From Ginglymostoma cirratum (taxonomy: Eukaryota), in NCBI GenBank assembly GCA_024137785.1, contig JAHRHZ010000082.1:15462419-15526418 (forward strand): DNA of 64,000 nt. Reading direction: 5' to 3'. The position numbers and the translations under genes are program-made. Of the stretch, positions 26,502 through 37,449 are shown one piece after another (position 1 is the first letter of the stretch; each line of letters opens with the position of its first letter). Below the pieces are notes generated by a model. That model was not told the DNA's origin, made no database searches, and was given only the letters and a program-made list of their open reading frames with translations.

Positions 26502-26875
26502 TCCGAAGAAGAGTCATATTGGACTCGAAACATTAGCTCTGTTTCTCTCGTCACAGATGCTGCCTGATCTGCTGAGTTTCTCCAGCAATTTCTGATCTTA
26601 TTTCAGATTCCAGCATGTGCAATATTTTGCTTTTGTTTAAGTGTTTAATTTACTGCCACTTCTTTTCCAGATATGCTCTTCTGTCCGACACCATTTCTGT
26701 TTTAATCTTTCGGCAAATTCACCTTCATTGCTTTCTATCCTCCCTCCTAGTATTTAATAAATTGCCAAAACTGGGTATTGAAGAAGAATCATATCGGACT
26801 TGAAATGTTAACTCTGTTTCTCTACAGATGCGACTAGACCTGTTGAGTTTCTCCAGCACTTTCTGTTTTTGTTAT
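26502..26875 (+). mobile_element. Two tandem Penelope-like 3' ends (family C), 26502-26640 and 26778-26875
   Basis: ccgaagaagagtcatattggactcgaaacattagctctg and ttgaagaagaatcatatcggacttgaaatgttaactctg, each followed by cagatgc...acctg.tgagtttctccagca-like sequence. Confidence 0.65.
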
Positions 26876-27987
26876 CTATTGATTCATAGTCATACTGAGT
26901 GGAGACATAAAAGGGTTGAAAATGTCAATTGAACCCGTTCTCTTTACATGAGGCACTCAGCAGAGGCTAAGCAATTCACCACTCACAGAAAAAATGAAAG
27001 GGAGTCCCCTCCTGTGACTCTTGCAGTAAATGATTTCAGAGCTACATTGCCAGAGGCGTGGAACAAGCTATTCACTCCTCCTCTCAGCTGGGGATGGTGA
27101 AAGGCTGTACAAAAAAAGAAATTTGTTTTGCCCCTCAAAGAGAACCTGTGTCTTCTTGTTGTTCTATTTTAAATTCAGCACTGACCATTTTGTTGCCAGT
27201 GGCCCTCAACTGGATTTAGAAGACTTCACAAAAGACATTTTTTTCCCCACTGGTACTTTGATATCAGTGCTGCCCTGCTTCGCAGCAGCAGGCTAATCTG
27301 CCTGAAACCAGAGACAAGTGAGCAGTCCTATTGAGAAAGAAAGGACAAGAGAACACGAGTTGGCAGCTGTGAGTTAAGAGTCCACATTTACAACAAATGA
27401 GTTGAAGAATCAGTATCGTCTTAGGAGTGTGGAAATTGGCTTTTTGCTGCTTTGTTATTGACACCTTCGGCATCAAAGGTTTTTCCTTGAATTCCATGGA
27501 TAACAACTGCATCAAAAACACCTTCAAAATATGAGTACATCAAAGGTTAGTTCTGTTCCTTCACAGCACAAGACTACAGAAAATACTTACTGCTCAAATC
27601 ACTCTCTGAACAATTCTTCATCGGCTCGAAAGGGCCTCCCACCTCTGTTTTTGAGTAAGACTTTTAGCAGGGGAGCAGCAAATACTGTCAGCAGTCAGGT
27701 AGCATGTGATGTCATGCCATATTAGATAGAAAGACCAGGGTAACTGAAGAAATGAAGGTAGGCAGGAAGTGGCTTGTCATTAGCATACTGGGTTTTGTCT
27801 GTTTGATTTAACCCCTGCAGCTTTGAGAGTCTGTGATTAGCTAATTACCTCTAGGTCACAAAATCCTCTTTGTTCATAGTGGTTGGATTCTGATAGAACC
27901 CTGCATGGGTCTGAAAGGATTTTTAAGTTTTAAAGTGGTGTCCAACTTCTCTACAGCTTCTAATGATCCATTCTTCATCCTCTTCAG

Positions 27988-28166
27988 CTGTATTCCCAGA
28001 CAAGTGACCCCATCACCTAGTTCATTGAGCTGTGAAACAGCAGTCCAATCCCCTGCTCAGAGTGGAGAAGAGGATGGAGAGAGGAAGCAGCCTATGACAC
28101 ATGCAGCAAATGCTAGGGAAGTTCAAACTGACTCAAGTAAAGTTCCCAAATGGTTCAAACTGTCAG
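27988..28166 (+). CDS. ASPSCR1: ASPSCR1 penultimate coding exon: CIPRQVTPSPSSLSC...SSKVPKWFKLS(G)
   Basis: Acceptor ttcttcatcctcttcag and donor gtaagt; 179 bp, phase 2 to 1. Ends in KVPKWFKL, matching the ASPSCR1 C-terminal KVPKWLKL motif. Lies within ORF 27905-28189. Confidence 0.93.
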
Positions 28167-28404
28167 GTAAGTTGAGCTTGTTTTATTAGAACATTGCTAG
28201 CTTACAAAACTGTCTCTTCTTTAAAAAATGCAGAAGCACAGGAAACATTTGGAATAATGCACTTGTGATTTGTATCTTTCACTGTTATGCATTTGTTCAC
28301 TCTATTACAGATATATTTTCACATGACTTATTCATCTGTTTGCTTTGTTTTTTTCTGATAGTTTCTTCCTTGTCCCTCTTTCTTATGTCTGCTTTTTTAC
28401 CCAG

Positions 28405-29385
28405 TTGGCGGAATAAGACCACAAGAGAGAGGAACAAGAGTTGACTGTTTGGCCCCTTGAGCCCTGCTGTGCCATTGAATAGGGTCACGGCCGATGTGAC
28501 ATCCCTCGCGTCCACTTCCCTGCCCTCTCCCACTAGCCCTGATTCCCCAATTGATCAAGAATCTATTTATCTCATCCTTAAATGTACACAAGGACTCAGC
28601 CCCCACAGTTGTCCATGGCAAGGAGTTCCAACGATACTCAACCTTCTGGAGAAAAAAATTCCTCCTTATCTTAGTATTAAATTGGCACCACTTTACTCTG
28701 AAGGGAAACATCCTCTTAGCTTTTACGCTGTCAAGCCTCTTAAGAATCCTAAATGTTTCAATGTGATCCCTCTCATTCTTCTAAATTCCAATTTTTGACC
28801 TTTGTTCATGAGCCCATCCTTCCAAACCAGGGATCATCCCTGTGAACGGAGATAGCAGGAACTGCAGATGCTGGAGAACCTAGTGAACCTTCTCTAAACT
28901 ACCTCTGATGAAATAGTATCTTCATGATAAAATAAGGGGACCAGAACTGCTTACAGTACTCCAGATATCGTCTCACCAGGCACCTTGTACAGTTGCAGTA
29001 AGACTTCCCCAATCTAACACAGCAGTCCCCTTGAAATAAGGGTCAACATTCCATGAGCTTTCTTTGATTACCTGCTGCCCATGTGTGCTAGCTTTGTGTT
29101 TTTTCGTACAAGTATCAGTAAGTCACTTTGTGTTGCAGCTTTCTGCAGTTTTCCTCCATTTAAATAATATTCTGTTCTTTTGTTCTCCCTTCCAAAATGA
29201 ACACTTTCATATTTTCCCACATCATACTCCATTTGCCCAGTTTTTGCCCATTTAACCTATTTGTTTCCATTTGTCTCACTACTTGCCTTTCCACCTATTT
29301 TTGTGTAAGCTGCAAAATAGGCTACAGTAAATTTGCTTCTGTCCTCCAAATCATTAATATATACTATAAACCGTTGTGGTCCCAG
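28405..29385 (-). mobile_element. CR1 LINE 3' fragment with internal deletions
   Basis: Minus-strand ORF remnant RRNFFLQKVEYRWNSLP...FKDEINRFL is a typical CR1 ORF2 C-terminus. Confidence 0.75.
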
Positions 29386-31105
29386 CAATTCATGTGCTGA
29401 AGCCCTGAATCCAGCTATGTGCTGATGTTAGTTAATTACACTCTGCTAGAAGGTATTTGAGAATGGCCAGCAGACACTGGGATTTTCCTTTCCAGTCACT
29501 GGAGAGCTGACTGATTTCCAGCTCTCTCTTTTCCATGTACATAGAGTTGAGACAAGGAGCCAGAACATGTAAGATCCTGGTTCTCTAACTCTCATTGGTA
29601 GATATTTAGAAAAAATAAACTAAACTACCCTGCTGGGAAAGGCCTGTAAAAATAGGTTCTTCCTTTTTTAATATATGTCCATTCATAAATGATTGCCTTT
29701 GACTTATTAACAGTGCTTAAAAGCATTATTTTCCATTTTTGTTAAAATCGGTAGAGAGACATTCAAAATAAGCACTGTAAACAGCCCACCTTTATGTTGA
29801 CTACACACAATGGGTGTTGGATGTTTGGAACTCTTTTCCACAAGTAGCAGTGGATGCCACATTTGTTGTTAATTTTAACTCTTTGTTAAGCAAAGGTATT
29901 AAGGGATATGGGCCAAAGGCAGGCATATGAGGTTACACACAGATTGGCCATGATCTCATTGCATGTTGGAACAAGCTTGAGGGGCTGAATGACCTACTCC
30001 TGTTCCTATGACTGACTATCTCTTGTATTGTGAAATAACTTGTTAATTCATTTTCAGTATGAAAACATCTTTGACACATCTGGCTAACATTTATAGTCCA
30101 TCCCTAAAAGATGTTGGTGAGCCAGGTGTTGAATTGGTAGCACTGAGTGGTTTGCCAGTTAACATCCGAAGTGTGGTAATGGAATCAGATATGGACCAGG
30201 CTGGATACGGAAACTGGTTTCCTTCCCCAAAGATGTAAATAACAACAAATTGTATTTATATTGCGCATTTAATGCAATAAAACAACACTTCACATAAGCT
30301 TGATAAAGCTAAACTTTGACAATCAATCCATCAAAAGATGTGATGACCAATAACTTGGTTACAATCAAGTGGGTTTTAAGGAATGCCTTAAAATTAAAGG
30401 AGGAGAAACCTAGAGAGCAACAGAGGTTATAGGAAGGGAGTTCCAGAGCTTAGAACCTCAGCAGCTGAAGACACAGCCATTCATGATGAAACAGATAAAA
30501 TTGGAAATTCTCAAGAGATCAAAGTTGAGAGATACTGGTATTTCAGAATGTTGTGAAGCTGGAGCAGATTAGGGAGATGTGGAGGCAAGAGTCAGTGGAG
30601 GATTGTGAAAACTAGGAAGCGAATTTTAAAATTGAGTTATTACATTACCAGTAGCTAGTGTAATCAGCGAGCACAGGAGTAATGGACTTGGTGTGATTTA
30701 GAATATGAGGCTATCCAAATTCTGCTGCCCAAGTTTGAGGGGAATAAAGATTGTGTTGAAATAATCAAGTCTGGAGATAACAAAGGCATGAATGATGACT
30801 TCAGCAGTGAATGAGCTGAAATAGAGTGGATTCTTCAATGCTACAGAGGCAGAAATAAGTAGTCTTAGTGATAGAACGTGAATGTGGTCGGAAGTTGAAC
30901 CTGTGGGTGGGGAGGGTTGGTTAAATATGACACCAAGATTACGAATAGTCTGTTTCAGACCTGATGGTTACCAGGAGAGGACTGGGGTTTGCACCAGGGA
31001 CAAAAAAATGACTCTGGTTTTCCCAGTATTTAGTTGGAAGAAAGACTTTACTAGTCCTCCATGTCAGCTTGGAGACGGTAATGGGGTTGAGAGAAGTTTT
31101 AGAAC

Positions 31106-31190
31106 GTAGAATCCCTTCAGTGTGGAAACAGGCCCTTTGGCCCAACAAGTCCACATCGATCCTTGGAGCATCCCATCCAGACCCATCCCC
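31106..31190 (-). mobile_element. 5'-truncated HE1/V-SINE tail
   Basis: tagaatcccttcagtgtggaaacaggccctttggcccaacaagtccac matches 13719-13800. Confidence 0.8.
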
Positions 31191-31196
31191 CTTTAA

Positions 31197-31296
31197 CAAA
31201 AACAAAGTTGCTGGAAAAGCTCAGCAGGTCTGGCAGCATCTGTGGAGGAGAAAACAGAGTTAATGTTTCGGGTCCGGTGACCCTTCCTCAGAACTC
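31197..31296 (-). mobile_element. Penelope-like 3' end (family B), single arm
   Basis: Perfect 15-bp TSD cccatccccctttaa at 31182-31196 and 31297-31311. Minus strand reads ctgaggaagggtcaccggacccgaaacatta. Confidence 0.85.
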
Positions 31297-31619
31297 CCCA
31301 TCCCCCTTTAAGTTTTATATAGGACGTGGCACAGAAACAGGCCGTTCAGTTGAACTGAGTTTCATCAGTGCACAGTTTGGAAGCTGACACTCTGATTTTA
31401 GGATATGCTGCTGAAATGCAGCATTAGAAATATGAAGGAATCAAGGATTGATCCTTGAGGGATGCAGGAATAGTTCACCGCATGTGACTAGATAGATGAA
31501 AAGGAAACAGGTGAGCACCAGTGTCATACAGCTGGACAGCGGTGGAGGGATGTAGGAGGAGATTAGTATGGTTAACCAGTGGCAAAGGCTAGTTGAGAAG
31601 CACAAGGAAAGATGTCAAA

Positions 31620-31720
31620 CGAAAACCGAAATTGCTGGAGAAACTCAGCAAATGTGGCATCATCTGGGGAGAGAAAGCAGAATTAACATTTCAAGTCCAT
31701 TGACCCTTGTTCAGAACTGT
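31620..31720 (-). mobile_element. Penelope-like 3' end remnant
   Basis: aaattgctggagaaactcagc...catctg...ttaacatttcaagtccattgacccttgttcagaact. Confidence 0.6.
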
Positions 31721-31795
31721 TTTTAGCTTCCAGCTCATACAAGAAGGGAACAAGCATGTAATAGGCATGGAGAGTTTTAGCAGTTATTTAAATAG

Positions 31796-31879
31796 TGACA
31801 AGCGTGGGATTTGAACCCGTGCATGCAGAACAGAATGGATTAGCAGTTCAACACTTAACCTTACTGGACTCAAATTGTT
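31796..31879 (-). pseudogene. Decayed tRNA-Ser(GCT) copy
   Basis: Reverse complement ggttaagtgttgaactGCTaatccattctgttctgcatgcacgggttcaaatcccacgcttgtca follows vertebrate tRNA-Ser(GCU), including the long variable arm. The 5' acceptor strand is degraded and CpG-type changes are present. Confidence 0.75.
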
Positions 31880-32803
31880 AAATTGAATGAGCAAAAGAAA
31901 AGCTGAATTCTAATTTTCAGTTAATAGGAATTGAATTGGCACTCACTGGATCATTCCTTTAGGCTACTGGACTAGGATCAATAGCCCAATATCACCATCT
32001 TTTACACTGCTAGAAATTGACCTTAATTTCTTTTTAATGTAACTACCATCAGTAGCTCAGAATAACAGTTCCTGTCCTACATCACTTTTTGTCCCCTCAA
32101 AATAATGCTTATGTATTAAATCCGTGTCAGGTAATATAGTACAAGGACAATTTCAGGTGCCTGGTTACATTTACAGATGAGTTAACAAAAAAAGTTTTAA
32201 GTACATTGGGGACAGTAATTAAATGGCACTTTTGGAGCTGCACATATTTGTTCCCTTGGCTTTGGAGAATTGCGTGAAGTTAGGTGAACAACAGCTCATC
32301 TCCTCAGTTTTTTTAAAACACAAGTTGGAAGCCTCACAAAAAACCTTTACCACAGTTTCTGATAGAATTCATGCTGTTTGGCAATCTAATCTCAACAGCA
32401 TTTCATCACAATCCAACTTGTTGGTATGGAAACATCTTTGTTTTAAATTAATGTGTTTGAAGGAAATTGTGGAAGTGAATGTTTGGATCTGTCTGCTGGG
32501 TGGGAGAGGTTCCAGGCCTCATCACTAATAAACCTGAACAGTTGGGTAAAATGGAGCCATAGCTGAAGGTTTGAGGTTTGGAAATAGGTCCAATTGAAAC
32601 TTGGCAATTCACCAGTCCTTCAGTCTCTGAACTGGAGGAGTTTTAGTTGTTTGAGTTTGATGGAACTCTTCTGGCTCATCCTACATTTGACTGTGTGCTT
32701 CGAAGGGCTGTGTGCCAGTGGTATGGTGTCGAATATCTGTAACCTTTTCCATAAATGTTAGATCTGCCAGACTCTAGCCACACCTAGTTTATACAGAACC
32801 CTG

Positions 32804-32995
32804 GATAACAAGCACGGGGCTGGATGAACACAGCAGGTCAAGCAGCATCATAGGAGCAGGAAAACTTGACGTTTCGGGCCTAAACCCTTCATCAGAAAAT
32901 TTTCCTGCTCCTATGATGCTGCTTGACCTGCTGTGTTCATCCAGCCCCATGCTTGTTATCTCGGATTCTCCAGCATCTGCAGTACCTTTTATCTC
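32804..32995. mobile_element. Young miniature Penelope-like fold-back (family A)
   Basis: About 62 bp near-perfect inverted arms, tail on the right arm, perfect 15-bp TSD ttatacagaaccctg (32789-32803, 32996-33010). Canonical CTGATGA...GAAA on the minus strand. Confidence 0.92.
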
Positions 32996-33384
32996 TTATA
33001 CAGAACCCTGTCAGTTTTCACCTACCATGTGGTCAGAAATGTTCGTTTACAGGTTATAAGCAGCATTAGTCACCTTCACCACCACTGAAGTATGGGTGGT
33101 AGTTAACAATCTGTGGTGAATTTAAACTAACAGGGGAGTCAGATGTTATCAGTGATTGGTCAGAATGTGGATTACGATTTCAATCAGATCAGCCATGATC
33201 TTATTGAATAGTGGTGCAGGCTTGAAGGTTGAAAAGTCTACTTCTGCTCCAGATTTATATGATTGTGTGTAAATATCGCAAACTTACTGCTGGCTAATGA
33301 TAATGAATGCACTATTGCGAAGTTTCCTTCCATTCATCTTAGAATACAATTACACCACAAGAACAAACATGGCAGGCACAGATT

Positions 33385-34005
33385 GGACCAAAGACAACAA
33401 ACGTTGGAGATTACAGTGGCTCAGACGGCATCCACGGAGAGAGGGCAAGCTAACGTCTCAAATCTAGATGACTGTTTATCAGAGCTGAAATGAAGTGTGG
33501 AGGGGGCAGCATTTATGCTAGAGTTGGGGGCAGGGGGGTGGAAATGTGTGGGTGTGGTGGAGTGTAGAGTGCTGAGGGAAAAGAGATGTTGATAGTTCAG
33601 ATTAAATGATCAGAATGTGAGAATGGCAGAACAATGGTGTGTCTGACTGCCAGACTGGCAAGAACAGACAGTGCCCCTGGGGTGGGGCGGAGGGAAGAGA
33701 TGACATGGTGAAAATGTAACAAGTAAAGCTAAAAGAAAGGGAAAGGATGGGAGTTGGTTCACAAGTTGAAGGTGTTGAACTCTATTATTAAGTCCAGAAG
33801 ACTGTAAAGTGCCTAGTCTGAAGATGAGATGTCATTTGTCCAGTTTGCACTGTTATTTCCTGGAACTCTGCAGCATGCTGATGACAGAGAAGTAGGCATG
33901 CGAGCAGGACCTTGTGTTAAAATGACCAGCTGCGGGAAGATCAGGGTCATGCTTGTACACAGATCGGAGGTGTTCTGCAAAGCGGTCACCCAGTCTGTGT
34001 TTGGC
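33385..34005 (-). mobile_element. Penelope-like element 3' portion (GIY-YIG remnant, distinct family)
   Basis: Minus strand reads KHRLGDRFAEHLRSVY and HLIFRLGTLQSSGLN, followed by a pyrimidine-rich UTR and a decayed hammerhead-like end. Confidence 0.75.
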
Positions 34006-34669
34006 GCACAGGTGCAGAGTCAGACAGGACTGTTCAAATCATTGTGCATTCATTTGCTCACAAAGATTAAAAGAAGGACACATTCTTCATTTCTTTGTCA
34101 AAAGACTGTCCAACCCCTTCTTGAATTTGCAGGTGCTGTCCATCTCCACAGTCTCTGCGCAGTCTGTTCACCTTCTCCTTACTGAGTACATTGTTTTTTT
34201 GAACAATGTTTTCAGCAAAGGTCAAATAATTCATCATGGGTCTGTTTAGCTATATTTCCAAATCTCATATTTTGAACAGCTGTTCCCCTCAGCCACCTTT
34301 TCTTGGGATGATTTCCCCCATTTTGCAGTCCTCAGTTTCTATTGGTTCTGACCCTTGAATCAATCCAAATTTGAGCATCAGGTTCATGCACTCAACTGTG
34401 TTCACCTCTGCACATTGGACCATAGGAGACAACACTTCCATGTACCATTTGCTAATGTCCTCTGTTACTGCGTGACATTTTCAATAGGATTCTTGAATTT
34501 TAAACAGCTTAGAAAATAATATGGGCAGAAAACATACTGTTTGCACTCTATGCTGCATTCCTGAAGAATAATGATTATATTGATTCTTTTGGGAAAAAAA
34601 ATAGTTACTGTAGGAGAACCATTTGGAGAAGTAGTTTAATCCCGCTTTTGGTAAGCTTGACCTTAACTC

Positions 34670-34805
34670 CGTTCTGAAGAACGGTCACTGGACCTAAAAC
34701 GTTTACTCTGATTTCTCTCCACAGATATTGCCAAACCTGTTGAGGTTTTCCAACAATTTCTGTTTTTGTTTCCGATTTCCTGCATCCGCAGTTCTTTCGG
34801 TTTTT
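34670..34805 (+). mobile_element. Penelope-like 3' end (family B)
   Basis: gttctgaagaacggtcactggacctaaaacgttt...catccgcagttctttcggtttt. Confidence 0.7.
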
Positions 34806-35667
34806 TGCTTAGCTCAGATGGAATTGGGGACAGTGGAATCAGTTCCCAATATTCTTGTCTCTGCTCAGTACGCAGTGACCCTTGCATGAAAATGTGAGGA
34901 TATCAGCTGAGGACAGAATTCAGCTTCATGTATTCTCACAGCTTTCTCTTGTAGCACACTACAGTCTCTCATTGTCCACATTCATTTTTCGGAAAATAGT
35001 TAATTGACTGAAAAACTGGAGCAGTGATACCATGAGAACAGGGTGCATGAGAGTGAAAAATCACTGCCTTAGTGAACAAGGGTAGTAGGAAAGAATAGCC
35101 ATGAGACTGAGCAAAAATTCACAACTTGGACTTTGTCCTTTGTCCTAAATTTGTCATAAGTCCTACTGCTGTAGAAAGATTTATGTGTAATTCACATGCT
35201 ATAATTTAGTAGCTTCAAGTTCAAAACAGGAAAATTTGTTTCATGTTGCAAGTGCAAAATGTTTTGCATGTTTGTACAATTAGTGGCGGTGAAGAGCAGA
35301 ACTTGCTGTTCCCATGGATTTCTTTACTTGGACTTCCATAGGTCTCGCCAGCTGAGCCATCAGTAAACAGGAAAGTAGGTTAAAATATTATTTGAGTGAC
35401 TTTTCTGAGAAACTCATTACATTGAAAAGAAACTTTAAGGATGCTTTAGTAATTGGATAGCATTGATAATGTGGATTTATCTAATTGCCCTTGACTTGTG
35501 AACATTATTTCAACAAAAGAGCTATTGCAACTTTACCTTTTTTAAATATATCTTCAAAATTTCACAGTGCTAGAACTACCTAATTTGAATTCTGTAAATT
35601 ATAGTATTTTCAAGGTGCACAAAATTGTCATAATGCTGAAATGAAGTTCTGTTTGTTCCTTTTACAG

Positions 35668-35678
35668 GGAAGCGCTAG
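35668..35678 (+). CDS. ASPSCR1: ASPSCR1 terminal exon, coding part: (G)KR*
   Basis: Acceptor gtttgttccttttacag, then GG AAG CGC TAG. Phase 1 joins to give ...KLSGKR*; the human protein ends ...KLPASKR*. Confidence 0.85.
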
Positions 35679-35870
35679 AAGAGGGAAGATGTCATCACTG
35701 CAGGAGCCACAGATTAACTTCAAAGAATGCAAAGCAAAAATCCTCATTGATTTACTTTTTGATCCACAGAAGTGCTTTTTTTTTTGCTTTCTTTGTTTTG
35801 GAATACTGTGTTGAATGATCTGAATTTATTAATCGTGTAAAAGATAGTTCCAGATTAGTATGAGTTTTGC

Positions 35871-35876
35871 AATAAA
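35871..35876 (+). terminator. Putative ASPSCR1 polyadenylation signal
   Basis: First AATAAA about 190 nt after the stop codon, with GT/T-rich sequence downstream. Confidence 0.55.
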
Positions 35877-36830
35877 ACAAATGGAGATTCAGCATAGATG
35901 TGCCTTAGTTTGGCGTGCTTCTGTTATTTTGTTCACCTACCTAGGAAAATTAAAAAGGTAATGCCAGAAAATAATACTTAGTCAAATATTAGTCAAAATC
36001 AAAATGTTCCTTCAGAAAAGAAAATCTTTTGATGTTTTTACTTTTCAAGTATTCTGTTTCAAAGTGGATTGGACGTTGTTAAATATATGTTCCAGTTATT
36101 ATTTGGAATGTTTCCGTGCCTGGTTCCAGGAAGGAGAGAACAGTAAGGGGTGGAGAAGATGTGGTACCCTGGTAAGTATGAAAGGCCTGTGTGTCTTTTA
36201 GTGGTCACTAGTTATGCTGTGGTGTCTGGTAGCTGCACACCAAATACTGAGTTATGAATTTATTAGAAATCCTGCACAAAAACGAAGAACAAAACTGCTT
36301 TCCCATGTTATGCCCCACCTACCAATGCTACAAAACCAGAGTGAAGAATTAAGCTTTGCAACATGCCTGTTTTTGTGATCAGATTCCAATAGAGTATTTT
36401 TTAAAAAAAGAAAAATTCAAATATCAACAATTATTGCAGAATTGTCTGACTGAAAATTGTTGGCTCTTCACATGAAACTGCTTTTTACAGTTAGAATCTG
36501 ACCTACACAACCCTCAAGTGAAACTCGTCTAATCTCCAGTGAATACAGTCCTAACCAGTCCAGTCTGCCTTAATGCATCAGTCTTGTCATCCCAGGAATC
36601 AGTCTGGTAAACCTTTGTTGCACTCCCTCCATGGCCAGAACATTCTTTGTCAGATAAGGAGACCAGAACTGCACGCAATACTCCAGGGTTGGTCTGACCA
36701 AGGCCCTGTACAATGCAACGAGGCATGCCAGCTCGACTACTCTCACTATGAAGACCGTATTCTGTTTTTTTTTCTTAATTTAACACTAAGGATAGGAAAC
36801 CAATCTCTCAGAAATCCCGTGTAGTATCAT

Positions 36831-36954
36831 TTCAGAGATGGTAGGAACTGCCGATGCTGGAGAATCTGAAGAAGGGCCCAGACCCAAATTGTCAGCTTTC
36901 CTGCTCCTCTGATGCTGCTTGGCCTGCTGTGTTCATCCAGCTCTACACCTTGTT
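36831..36954. mobile_element. Penelope-like two-piece insertion (inverted tail plus tailless arm)
   Basis: gagatggtaggaactgccgatgctggagaat joined to ctgaagaaggg...accttgttat. TSD atccc(g/a)tgta(g/a)tatcat at 36814-36830 and 36955-36971. Confidence 0.8.
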
Positions 36955-37449
36955 ATCCCATGTAATATCATGTATGGTTTTGCCAGCTTTCTACCATATT
37001 TAGTATTTTTCTGTCAAGGTTTACAAATAATTTACGCTCACTTCAATTTTCAGTAAACCTGGTACCTGCTTGCATGATGTTCTTGCTCACTTTTCTCAGA
37101 GGCAATTGTTTACGTGCTGTATTTTTGGAGGGATCATTTAGCACCGAGAAGAAATGAATCAGTCCAGAATGGCTGACATCCTGTAGGATTCTAACACCTC
37201 TGGATACAGGTTACCTCTCAGGAATAGCTGTGCTTATTGAAATGAGATATTTTGGTGATCCAGACCAAGAAATGAACACATGATAGACTGCTGGTCATGG
37301 ATTTAATGTTCAATGTTTCTAGTTCGAAAGACAAAAAATCTTGCACCTCCAATACCAAAATCATGTTCTTCCTCTTGTATCAATTACAATACAGCCCTTG
37401 GTTTTAGTCACAATATTTTCAGCATGACAGTCAGGGCGAAAGACCAGCA

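Larger units (their letters stand above)
30240..31620 (-). mobile_element. L2-type LINE fragment, interrupted at about 31105-31311
   Basis: L2-like 3' end aacaacaaattgtatttatattgcgcatttaat, followed by ggaagggagttccagagcttag...cagctgaag and gattgatccttgagg. Confidence 0.55.

Noticed and set aside
32804-32995. Interpretation of the fold-backs as DNA-transposon MITEs or pre-miRNAs
   Set aside because: The arms match the 3' end of the RT/GIY-YIG element at 59623-61128, the ends are asymmetric, and TSD length varies from 10 to 17 bp, unlike DDE transposons.
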